Notes under the pieces: model-generated | Seen by the model: only the letters and a program-made list of their open reading frames with translations | The model's database searches: none | Told to the model about the DNA's origin: nothing | Made by a program: the position numbers and the translations under genes | Origin: an uncultured Phycisphaeraceae bacterium | GTDB lineage: Bacteria; Planctomycetota; Phycisphaerae; Phycisphaerales; UBA1924 | Reading direction: 5' to 3' | Assembly: GCA_964577425.1 (NCBI GenBank) | Contig: CAZNZC010000003.1 | Span: 73,803-137,802 of the forward strand | DNA length: 64,000 nt | Shown here: positions 45,453-53,922 of the stretch, piece by piece | Layout: each line of letters begins with the position of its first letter | How positions within the stretch are numbered: position 1 is the first letter of the stretch

Positions 45453-47101
45453 CAAATCACCCGTGAACCATGCAGCGCCAGGCGGTCAGCGGCGGTGACC
45501 TCGACCTGCACGATCGTGCCGAGCATCCGCTTCGCCCGCGCGCTGGGGGCATCGAAGAAGACGATCAGGTCAGAATCGGTGCGGCCGGAGAGCTGGACGG
45601 TTTCCTCGGTGTCAGGAAGTTCGAGGGTTGCGGCGGCGGCGGGGTCGCGGCCGCCGACGGTGATGCCGACCATGCCGCTGCCGGGCTTGATATCGGTGCC
45701 GCGTTTCTTCATCTCGCTGCGGCTGACGCCCTCGACGAAGACCTCGAACCGCCGGCCGACCTGCTCGCGGCTGATCGCGTCGGAGACCTCGGTCTGCAAC
45801 GCGAGGAGTTCGTTGTTGCGACGACGCTTGACGCTGTCGGGCACATCGTCCGGGATGCGGTCGTAGGCCGCCGTGCCGGGGCGGGGGGAGTACTTGAAGA
45901 TGAACTGGTTCTTGCAGCGGGAGCGGACAAGCATGTCCTTCGTCGCTCGGTGGTCCTCCTCGGTCTCGGTGGGGAAGCCGACGATGATGTCGCCCGAGAG
46001 CATCAGCGGGCGGCCGATCTCGGGCTGGTCGAGGATGGAGCGGGCGCGGGCGATGAACTCGTCGTACTCGGCGATGGTGTAGCCGCGGTTCATCATCTTG
46101 AGGATGCGGTCGCTGCCGGACTGGGCGGGGACATGCAGGTAGCGGCAGATGCGGGGGTGGTCGCGGATGACCTCCAGCACATCGTCGCCGAAGTCACGGG
46201 GGTAGCTGGTGACGAAGCGGAGTCGCCGGACGGCGGGGACTTCGTCGTGGATGCGGCGGAGCAGGTCGGCGAAGGTGGTGGCGCCGGCCCCGGCGAAGGC
46301 GTCGCGATGATGGCTGCCCTTGTAGGTCCGGCCCTTCTGCGGCTGGGTGACGCCGTCGATCAGCACGGCCGCGCCGTGCTCGAAGCGGTAGTGGTTGACG
46401 GTCTGGCCGAGCAGGGTGATCTCGATCACGCCGGCGTCGGCGAGTTTCTTGCACTCGTCGATGATGTGGTCGGGCGGGCGGTGGATCTCCGCGCCGCGGG
46501 TGTGGGGGACGACGCAGTAGGTGCAGAACTTGTTGCAGCCGCGGGTGATGCGGACATAGGCCGAACGCTTCGAGTCCGCGTCGGTCGGGGACACGGCCCG
46601 GGAGAGGTCAAGCATCTCCAGCTGGTCCTCGGCGGCGGCCAGCGTGGAGGAACGGCGCGACGCCGAGCCTTGCAGGGCGGCGACCTTCGCCGAACGGACG
46701 GCGGCCAGGGAGGGGTCGTCCGAGATGAGCGCGGCGCGGGTGCGGACGGCGTTGTCGAGCAGGGCGGGGAGTTTGTCGAGTTCGGCGGGGCCACACATGA
46801 GATCGACCACCGGCATGCGCTTCATCAGGTCCGTGCCGTCGCGTTCGGCCATGCAGCCGAGGACGCCGACCACCAGGCCGGGGCGGTCGGCCTTCTCGGC
46901 CTTGAGCGCGCCCAGGCGGCTCCAGACCTTCTGCTCGGCCCGCTCGCGGACGGAGCAGGTGTTGTAGAGGACGATGTCGGCCTGGTCGGAATCGGTGGTG
47001 AAGGAGTAGCCCAGGGCCGCGAGCTGGCCCGCGACCAGTTCGGAATCCAGCTCGTTCATCTGGCAGCCGAAGGTTTCGAGATAGACGCGCTTGAGGGCCA
47101 T
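45452..47101 (-). CDS. miaB: tRNA (N6-isopentenyl-A37-C2)-methylthiotransferase, MiaB family
   Basis: 549 aa. UPF0004 N-domain (YLETFGCQMNELDSE), radical-SAM CNKFCTYC and a TRAM C-terminal domain. Confidence 0.85.
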   Translation of the reverse strand: MALKRVYLETFGCQMNELDSELVAGQLAALGYSFTTDSDQADIVLYNTCSVRERAEQKVWSRLGALKAEKADRPGLVVGVLGCMAERDGTDLMKRMPVVDLMCGPAELDKLPALLDNAVRTRAALISDDPSLAAVRSAKVAALQGSASRRSSTLAAAEDQLEMLDLSRAVSPTDADSKRSAYVRITRGCNKFCTYCVVPHTRGAEIHRPPDHIIDECKKLADAGVIEITLLGQTVNHYRFEHGAAVLIDGVTQPQKGRTYKGSHHRDAFAGAGATTFADLLRRIHDEVPAVRRLRFVTSYPRDFGDDVLEVIRDHPRICRYLHVPAQSGSDRILKMMNRGYTIAEYDEFIARARSILDQPEIGRPLMLSGDIIVGFPTETEEDHRATKDMLVRSRCKNQFIFKYSPRPGTAAYDRIPDDVPDSVKRRRNNELLALQTEVSDAISREQVGRRFEVFVEGVSRSEMKKRGTDIKPGSGMVGITVGGRDPAAAATLELPDTEETVQLSGRTDSDLIVFFDAPSARAKRMLGTIVQVEVTAADRLALHGSRVI

Positions 47102-47135
47102 GGGAGGCGATTGTAGGGGGCGAAGGGACGGGGGT

Positions 47136-48848
47136 TTACGGGCAGCCGGCGTTGAACAGGGTCATGAACAGGCTGACATCGAAGAAGTTGATGAGGCCGT
47201 CGTTGTTGAGGTCGGCGGCGGGGTCTTGGTCCGTGTACAGGGTCAGGTAGGCCGCGACATCGAAGAAGTTGAGCACGCCGAAGGGGGGGGCCAGGTCGGG
47301 CACGCAGACCTGGCCGCCGACCGCGCCGGTCAGGCGGAGGGTCAGGGTCTGGGCGGGGCCGGGCTGGGCGAAGAGCCCGCGGTCGTTGTACGCGGCGAAG
47401 GTGAAGACGGCCTCGAAGTCGCCCTCGGCGGCGTCGGACAGGGCGGCGGTGAACAGTTCGCCCTGGCCCGCGGGCAGGGACAGCACCGGGGCGAAGTCGA
47501 TGCTGATCGCGCCCGTGTCGCCGGTCGCGGAAAGCAGCTCGATGTCCATCGGCGCGCCGAAGGCGTCGGGCGCGATGTTGAACAGGCCCAGGGCCAGCAC
47601 CGCGTCGCCCGAGCCGAGGTCGATCACGCCGAAGTCCAGCAGGACATCGGACAGCGGCTGGTCGGCGGTGAAGGAGGCCACGGCCGGCTCGTAGACATGG
47701 ATCGAGATGTTCATCACATCGTCCGCGTCCTGTGCGCCCATGCCCGGGCCGGCGCCGGTGGTGACATCCAGGTTGTCCACCACGATCGTGGCGGCGTGGA
47801 AGCCGGCGGCCAGCGCGGGGTCGGGGGTGATCTGGATCGGGCGGACATCGGGGCCGCCGATGGGGAAGGCGTTGTGGCGGCCGGTGAGGGACGAGGTCAC
47901 GGGGCCGTCCACGGTGACGGAGAAGTAGGCGCCGTCCTGGCCGTCCTTGTTCAGGGTGACGATCGTGGAGGGGAGCGTCTGGCCGACCAGGGCGTTGATG
48001 GACAGGCCGATCACCGAGCCGCCGTCGGCGTCCGGGGTGGCGGGCGCGTTGCCGAGCCAGAGGGTGGTGTCGTTGTTCTGACCGACGAAAACGGACCAGA
48101 CGGTCTCGGGCAGGTCTACGAAGGCGTTGCGGTTGTTGGTGTAGTAAGCGGGATTGATCTGCTGGCTGAAGATGTGGTGGTTGCGCCGGCGCTCGAAAGC
48201 GTCCGGCGGGTCGAGGTAATGCCAGGCGACGAGGGCGGAGAGCTGGCCCATCTGGTTGCCGGACGGGAGCGTGTCCACCAGCAGCAGGCCGGTGGAGCCG
48301 TAGCGGGTTTCCGAGTAGAAGAGGCTGCGGGCGATGTCGCCCTTGTCGCTGTCGCCGGGGAAGTAGTAGGTTCCGAGGCTGCCGAAGGAGCCGGTGGTGT
48401 CGGCGAAGCCGAAGGGCTTGTTGCCGCGCGAGGAGTTGATGGAGGGGTTGGCGGGGCGCAGGGCGTGGGGGTCGCCCAGGCTGCCGCGGGTGGTGTTGGA
48501 GACGCTGCCGGGCTGGCGGGACTCGGGCCAGACATGCTCGCGGTTCCAGGTGATGCCGGCGTCCCAGGCAGCAAGGACGGAGGCGCGGTTGTAGACGAGC
48601 AGGATGCGGGTGGGGTCGTTGGGGTCGGTGTCGGTGATGAGCGCGGCGTAGCGGTAGTCGCCGTAGGTGCGCTGGACATGCCCGGCGGACATGGCCGCGC
48701 CGAGCTGGGTCTGGAGCAGCAAGCCCGTGCCGGTGACACCCGCGTAGTACCCCTCCGGGGGTGCGTACGGGTCGGACCGGGCCGAGGCGAGGCCGACGGT
48801 CAGGGCGAGGGCAAGGGGCAGCATCACGACGGCGGCTTGGTCACGCAT
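47136..48848 (-). CDS. Secreted endonuclease I-family nuclease with a C-terminal GC-type dockerin-like domain
   Basis: 570 aa from the ATG at 48848, with a signal peptide. Endonuclease_1-like motifs: WNREHVWPES, SSRGNKPF, DKGDIARSLFY, NPAYYTNNRNAF. The C-terminus is Cys-bracketed: CVPDLAPPFGVLNFFDV...DLNNDGLINFFDVSLFMTLFNAGCP. Confidence 0.7.
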   Translation of the reverse strand: MRDQAAVVMLPLALALTVGLASARSDPYAPPEGYYAGVTGTGLLLQTQLGAAMSAGHVQRTYGDYRYAALITDTDPNDPTRILLVYNRASVLAAWDAGITWNREHVWPESRQPGSVSNTTRGSLGDPHALRPANPSINSSRGNKPFGFADTTGSFGSLGTYYFPGDSDKGDIARSLFYSETRYGSTGLLLVDTLPSGNQMGQLSALVAWHYLDPPDAFERRRNHHIFSQQINPAYYTNNRNAFVDLPETVWSVFVGQNNDTTLWLGNAPATPDADGGSVIGLSINALVGQTLPSTIVTLNKDGQDGAYFSVTVDGPVTSSLTGRHNAFPIGGPDVRPIQITPDPALAAGFHAATIVVDNLDVTTGAGPGMGAQDADDVMNISIHVYEPAVASFTADQPLSDVLLDFGVIDLGSGDAVLALGLFNIAPDAFGAPMDIELLSATGDTGAISIDFAPVLSLPAGQGELFTAALSDAAEGDFEAVFTFAAYNDRGLFAQPGPAQTLTLRLTGAVGGQVCVPDLAPPFGVLNFFDVAAYLTLYTDQDPAADLNNDGLINFFDVSLFMTLFNAGCP

Positions 48849-49066
48849 CCGCTCCACCTCATACGGGGTCTTTGGGCCGGCCAGAAGGCTCATCGTAGTC
48901 GCGGGCGGGGGGGAACTTCGGCGGATTCGCGGGACTTTGCGGGATTTTCATGCTTCCGAGGGGGGAAGAGACGGAGAGACGATGGGGAGATGGGGGGTGG
49001 AGGGGCGGGGGGGCTGAGCCAGGCTCAATCCACGCGCGGGGAAGCCTTTCCCTAAACTGGTGCCGC

Positions 49067-50749
49067 GTGAGCCGCATTGAAGATATCCGGGCCTGGTTTT
49101 CGGAGCTGTCGCTTGCGACCAAGTGCCTGCTGCTGTTCGGCGCAGCCTCGGCGGGGATCATCGCCATCGCGCTGACCCCGACGCTGGTGCGGATGAACGG
49201 GCTGGTGGGGGCTTCCGAGCTGGAGGTGGCCCGGACGGTGTACGCCTCGTGGGTCCGTCTGGAGGAAACCCAGGGCACGCAAGCCGGCTTCGCGGGGGCG
49301 AACATCCGCACGCTGACCCCGCAGCAGGCCCGGCAAGAGTCCGAGAACGCACGGTTCCTCCGCCGGGCGCTGGAGGCGATGGGCGAGGGCGAGGAGGCGG
49401 GGACGGGGGGGACGGGGGGGGGAGGGGGGCGGCTGGAGTTCTTCGATGCGGACTGGTCGGGGTGGAACCGGGTCTTCCGGTACGCCCGGGCCAGGCGGGG
49501 GCCGGACGGGATGATGCGCGACATGGTGCTGATCGAGCACCGCACGGACGGCGCGGCCCGGACGCTGCTGGTGAACTTTCTGTCCGTGCTGGCCGCGGGG
49601 GCGGTCGTGCTGGCGGTGGCGCTGGTGGTCTTCGCGGCGTTGACCAGCCGGCTGATCCTGCGGCCCGTGCTCAGCCTGCAGCGGACGGCCGAGCGGGTGC
49701 GCGAGGGCCACCTGGACACGCGGTCGCACATCGACACGGGGGACGAGTTCCAGGAGCTGGCCGAGACGATCAACCTGATGCTGGCGGGGCTGGAACGCCA
49801 GCAGGATCAGCTCCGGTCCGCGAACATCGCGATGGACTCGCGTGTGAACGAGCTGATCGAGGCGAACAGCGCGCTGGCGGAATCCTCACGGTTGAAGGGA
49901 GAGTTCCTGGCCAGCGTGTCGCACGAGCTGCGCACGCCGCTGAACGCGATCATCGGGTTCGCGGAGCTGCTGCTGGAGATCGCAAGATCGGACATCGCCA
50001 CGATCGCGGGGGGGCGGCCGATCGTGCCCGGGCCGGACGCGCTGGCCAAGCGGGAGCGCTACCTGGTGAACATCGTCAGCGCGGGGCGGACGCTGCTGGA
50101 GATGATCGAGACGCTGCTGGAGATGGCCAAGATCGAGGCCGGGCGGGTGGAGATCCACCCCGGCGTGGTGCAGGTGGGCGAGGCGTGCCAGGCGCTGGCG
50201 GGGCTGATCCACCCGCTGGCCCGCAAGAAGGATGTGGAAGTGACCCTGGACCTGCCGGCCGACCCGCCGGTGATCGTGACCGATCCCAAGAAGTTCAACC
50301 AGGTCGTCTTCAACCTGCTGTCCAACGCGGTCAAGTTCTCGGGCGGGACGGAGCTGGGACGCCCGGGCAAGGTGGTGGTGCGTGTCGAGCGGCTGGCGGG
50401 CACGGGGGGAGGGGACGGGGAGGACGGGGAGAAGGTCCGCGTCTCGGTCATTGACAACGGACCCGGCATCGCGCCCGAGGACCAGAAGCGGATCTTCGAC
50501 AAGTTCCAGCAGGTGGACAGCTCGCACACACGCGCGCACGCGGGCACGGGGCTGGGGCTGGCGATCGTGTCCGAGCTGGTCCGGCTCCTGCAGGGCGAGG
50601 TGCAGCTCGAGTCCGAGCTGGGGCAGGGGTCGATGTTCTCGGTCATCATGCCCGTGCGCCTGGACATGCAGGCGGTCGAGGAGGCGAAGCTGGAGGGCAA
50701 GCTCCGCGGCGCGCTGGCGCCGGTGGCGCGGGAGGGGTCTCGGGGCTGA
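49067..50749 (+). CDS. Sensor histidine kinase (TM-HAMP-HisKA-HATPase)
   Basis: H-box SHELRTPLNAIIGFAELL, N-box NLLSNAVKF and G-boxes DNGPGI / GTGLGLAIV. The start is set at GTG 49067 and is uncertain. No response regulator is adjacent. Confidence 0.8.
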   Translation: MSRIEDIRAWFSELSLATKCLLLFGAASAGIIAIALTPTLVRMNGLVGASELEVARTVYASWVRLEETQGTQAGFAGANIRTLTPQQARQESENARFLRRALEAMGEGEEAGTGGTGGGGGRLEFFDADWSGWNRVFRYARARRGPDGMMRDMVLIEHRTDGAARTLLVNFLSVLAAGAVVLAVALVVFAALTSRLILRPVLSLQRTAERVREGHLDTRSHIDTGDEFQELAETINLMLAGLERQQDQLRSANIAMDSRVNELIEANSALAESSRLKGEFLASVSHELRTPLNAIIGFAELLLEIARSDIATIAGGRPIVPGPDALAKRERYLVNIVSAGRTLLEMIETLLEMAKIEAGRVEIHPGVVQVGEACQALAGLIHPLARKKDVEVTLDLPADPPVIVTDPKKFNQVVFNLLSNAVKFSGGTELGRPGKVVVRVERLAGTGGGDGEDGEKVRVSVIDNGPGIAPEDQKRIFDKFQQVDSSHTRAHAGTGLGLAIVSELVRLLQGEVQLESELGQGSMFSVIMPVRLDMQAVEEAKLEGKLRGALAPVAREGSRG

Positions 50750-50790
50750 GGCTTGTGCGGACCACCTTTGGATCTCGGGCGCGGCCGCAT

Positions 50791-50928
50791 CGACAAGCCG
50801 CGACTGCAAGGGAGCGGCCGAGACCGCCAAACGACGACCTGATGCCGGACGATCGGCCACGACCGATCAATCGGCATACTCCACTGCGCACGCAACCGCG
50901 GCCGCTCCCTTGCAGTCGCGGCTTGTCG
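50791..50928. repeat. Inverted pair of D modules flanking ~78 bp (MITE-like)
   Basis: CGACAAGCCGCGACTGCAAGGGAGCGGCCG (50791-50820) and its reverse complement (50899-50928). Lies between the convergent kinase and VWA genes. Confidence 0.85.
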
Positions 50929-50952
50929 CCCAAGATTCAAGGAGAATCCGTA

Positions 50953-53922
50953 TCATTCCTCGAAGCGTTTGCGGGCGCGGCGTTTGGCGGCGAGGAGGCC
51001 GCTCTCGTCGGCTTCGGGCGCGTCGGTGGATGGAGGGGCATCCGCCCCCCCCACCCCCGCGGCGGAAGCGGCGGGGCGGGCCTGGTCGCGCAGTTCGGCG
51101 ATGCGGCGCTGGTGGCGCTCGCGTTCGATCCGCAGGCGTTCGGCGTTGGCGTCGGTCTCGATGACGGGGCCGGAAGCGGCCGCGCTCGGGCGCCGCTCGC
51201 GGAGTTGCGACAAGGAGCCGGGGTCGGCGGCGCGGGTGGCGGCGATGGTTCCCTCGCGGGCGTCCTGCACCCAGCGGTCCCAGGCGAGCCGGCGCATGGC
51301 GACATCGAGCAGGAACAGCGCCAGCGCGACCGCCAGCAGGGCGGGCCAGAGCGCGGTGCGGAGCACGCGGGGGCGGTCGCGCCGCTCGAACAGCGACGCG
51401 GGATCGGACCAGTCGAGGACGCGGCCGCCGGTGCGGGCGGCGAGGCGCACCAGCCCGGCCTCGTCGCTGGTCAGGTGCTGGTCCTCGGCCCCGGCGCGCA
51501 CGGCGATGCCCGCGATGGCCGGGGGCAGCGATTCGCCGGCCCGCTCGGCCCTGGCCGCGGCGACGATGACCCCCGCGGGCAGGTTGCGGGACTGGCCCTC
51601 GTACCGGCCCGGGCCGGTCTGGCGGAGTTCGACCGCGCGGGAGGAGCCGTCGGGCAGGTACAGGTTGGCGGTGACGCGCATGGCGTCGAGCGGCTCGCCG
51701 GATTCGGACTGGGCCTCGTAGACCAGGTCGGCGGCGTCGCCGCGGGCGAGCAGGCGGAGGTCGCCGGGCGTGTCGTCCACGGCGCGGGCGGTCCAGGCGG
51801 TCAGGTTGGTCCAGAAGCGTGCGAAGCCGGGGGTGTCGGCCCAGCGGGCGGACCATTCGTGTGCGTCGGTGGTGACGACGGCGGTGCGTCCGAGTTCGAC
51901 GGGCCAGTGGGCGACGACCGGCTCGTCGTCGGGCGTGACGACCGGGGTGGCGGCGCGGTCGCGCCGGGTGGAGAGCACCACGCCGCCGAGCGTGGGCAGC
52001 GGGCCGACGCCGGACATGGCGGGCGAGTCCGGGTCGAGCACGATGGGCGTGAAGGGCGTGTCGCGGATGGCCGGCTCGCGCATCAGGCGGATGGCGCGGA
52101 TGAAGACCTGGGGCAGGACCGCCGGGTTCACCACGCGGTAGAACACGCCGCCGCCCTGCTCGGCCACGGTGCGGAGGGTGTTGAAGTCCGCATCGTCGCC
52201 GATGGCGATGGTGGAGACCTTCGCGCCGGCATCGCGGAGTTGCGCGGCAAGGCCCGGCAGGCGTTCCGGCTCAAGGCTCATGCCGTCGGACAGGACGATG
52301 ACATGGCGGGTGCGGGTCTGCACGGTCTGGAACTGGGTGATGGCGGCCTGCAACGCCAGGGCGAGGTTGGTGCCGCCGGAGGGGGCGATGCCCAGGACGG
52401 CGTTCTTCGTGGCCTCGGGGTTGTCGTTCGGGCCGAGGGGGACGATGATGGATGGGGTGTTGGAGAAGGCGATCACGCCCACCTGGTCGCCGGGATCGAG
52501 CGTCTCGATGGCGCCGACCGCCGCCCGGTTGGCGATCTCCTGCTGCGACCGCGAGGAGCCGAGCACCGGGCGAGACATGGAGCCGGAGCGGTCGAGCACG
52601 AAGATCACCGCGGCCTCGGGCATGACGACGCGGTCGGGGATCTCCAGACGGACGGGCAGAGCGTCCTCAATGGCCGAGCCTCGCCAGCCGCCGGCGGTCA
52701 GGGCGTTGCGTCCGCCGACGAAGATCACGCCGCCGCCGAAGTCACGGGTGTAGGCGTTGAGGCGCTCGGCCGAGCCGTTGGGCAGCGCGTCGAAGGGGAC
52801 ATCGTCGAGCAGCACCAGGTCGAAGCCTTCCAGGTCGAGCAGGTCCGGGGGGAAGGCGGACGGCACGACCAGTTCGACCTGCCGCCCCGCGGCGCGGAGC
52901 GTGCGGGCCAGCACGCCCTGCTCGCCCCGGCCCGTCGCATCGACCAGCAGCACCGCGCCGGGGGCGCGGGAGATGGTGAACGCCTCGGCCCGGTTGTTGC
53001 TGACGGAGGTGTCGCCGAAGAGCAGCGTGCCCGCGTCGGTCACGGCCCGGTCCGGCTCAAAAACCGCCTCGTACCGGTGCACGCGCCCGTCGGGCAGGGG
53101 GAAGCGGACGGGGACGACATGGCGACCGCTCGCGTCGGTCTCGACGCGGACGCCGACGCCGTCCGCGTCGGGGCTGAGGTCGATCGGGCGTCCGTCGCGG
53201 AGGACGGTGACGACGCCGCGGACGGGGCCGGTGGAGCGGAGGACGACGCGGCCCTCGACCTCGGCGTTGGCCGCGGCACGGGAGGGCAGGTCGAAGGACT
53301 CGACGATGGTCTCGCGCTCCACGCGGTAGATGATGGGGGCCACATCGACGGGCACATCCATCGTGATGTCGTCCAGGGTGGCGCGGGTGGAGCGGCCGTC
53401 GGAGATCAGGACGATGCGGCCCTCGGCGTCGGCCGGGAGCATGGCGCGGGCCAGACGAAGGGCCGCGAGCGTGTCCGTGCCGTCGGCGGGGGTGTAAGAG
53501 GGCGAGCGGGCGAGCGGGTCGTCCACGGTGGGCGTGGCCAGGGCGACCGGGCGAGCGTCGAAGGCGATCAGGCCGAACGGGTCGTCCGGCCTGCGCCCCT
53601 CGGCCGCGCGGGCGAGCAGATCCCACGCGGCCTCCTGCGCGGAGATGATGCGACCCTCCGCGTCGCGCCCGAAATCAGCGAAGGCCAGCACCGACCCCGA
53701 GAGGTCCACCACGCCGACCACCGCGACACGATCCGAGCGCCGATCCGCGTGCAGACCGGCCAGCGCCAGGGCGCACGCCGCGGCGAGCAGCACACGGGCC
53801 AGCACGGCCGGGGCGCGCCGGATGCGCGGCACCGCGCGCAGCCATCGCCACCCGAGCACGGCACACACGACGCCCACCACAACGAGCAGCAGCCAACGCG
53901 GATCGTCCACGGACCAGTTCAT
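50953..53922 (-). CDS. Large membrane-anchored VWA-domain protein (BatA-like N-terminus)
   Basis: 989 aa. N-terminal TM segments and two DxSxS MIDAS-type motifs (VVDLSGS, VLDRSGSM). Arg/Glu-rich C-terminal tail. Confidence 0.7.
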   Translation of the reverse strand: MNWSVDDPRWLLLVVVGVVCAVLGWRWLRAVPRIRRAPAVLARVLLAAACALALAGLHADRRSDRVAVVGVVDLSGSVLAFADFGRDAEGRIISAQEAAWDLLARAAEGRRPDDPFGLIAFDARPVALATPTVDDPLARSPSYTPADGTDTLAALRLARAMLPADAEGRIVLISDGRSTRATLDDITMDVPVDVAPIIYRVERETIVESFDLPSRAAANAEVEGRVVLRSTGPVRGVVTVLRDGRPIDLSPDADGVGVRVETDASGRHVVPVRFPLPDGRVHRYEAVFEPDRAVTDAGTLLFGDTSVSNNRAEAFTISRAPGAVLLVDATGRGEQGVLARTLRAAGRQVELVVPSAFPPDLLDLEGFDLVLLDDVPFDALPNGSAERLNAYTRDFGGGVIFVGGRNALTAGGWRGSAIEDALPVRLEIPDRVVMPEAAVIFVLDRSGSMSRPVLGSSRSQQEIANRAAVGAIETLDPGDQVGVIAFSNTPSIIVPLGPNDNPEATKNAVLGIAPSGGTNLALALQAAITQFQTVQTRTRHVIVLSDGMSLEPERLPGLAAQLRDAGAKVSTIAIGDDADFNTLRTVAEQGGGVFYRVVNPAVLPQVFIRAIRLMREPAIRDTPFTPIVLDPDSPAMSGVGPLPTLGGVVLSTRRDRAATPVVTPDDEPVVAHWPVELGRTAVVTTDAHEWSARWADTPGFARFWTNLTAWTARAVDDTPGDLRLLARGDAADLVYEAQSESGEPLDAMRVTANLYLPDGSSRAVELRQTGPGRYEGQSRNLPAGVIVAAARAERAGESLPPAIAGIAVRAGAEDQHLTSDEAGLVRLAARTGGRVLDWSDPASLFERRDRPRVLRTALWPALLAVALALFLLDVAMRRLAWDRWVQDAREGTIAATRAADPGSLSQLRERRPSAAASGPVIETDANAERLRIERERHQRRIAELRDQARPAASAAGVGGADAPPSTDAPEADESGLLAAKRRARKRFEE

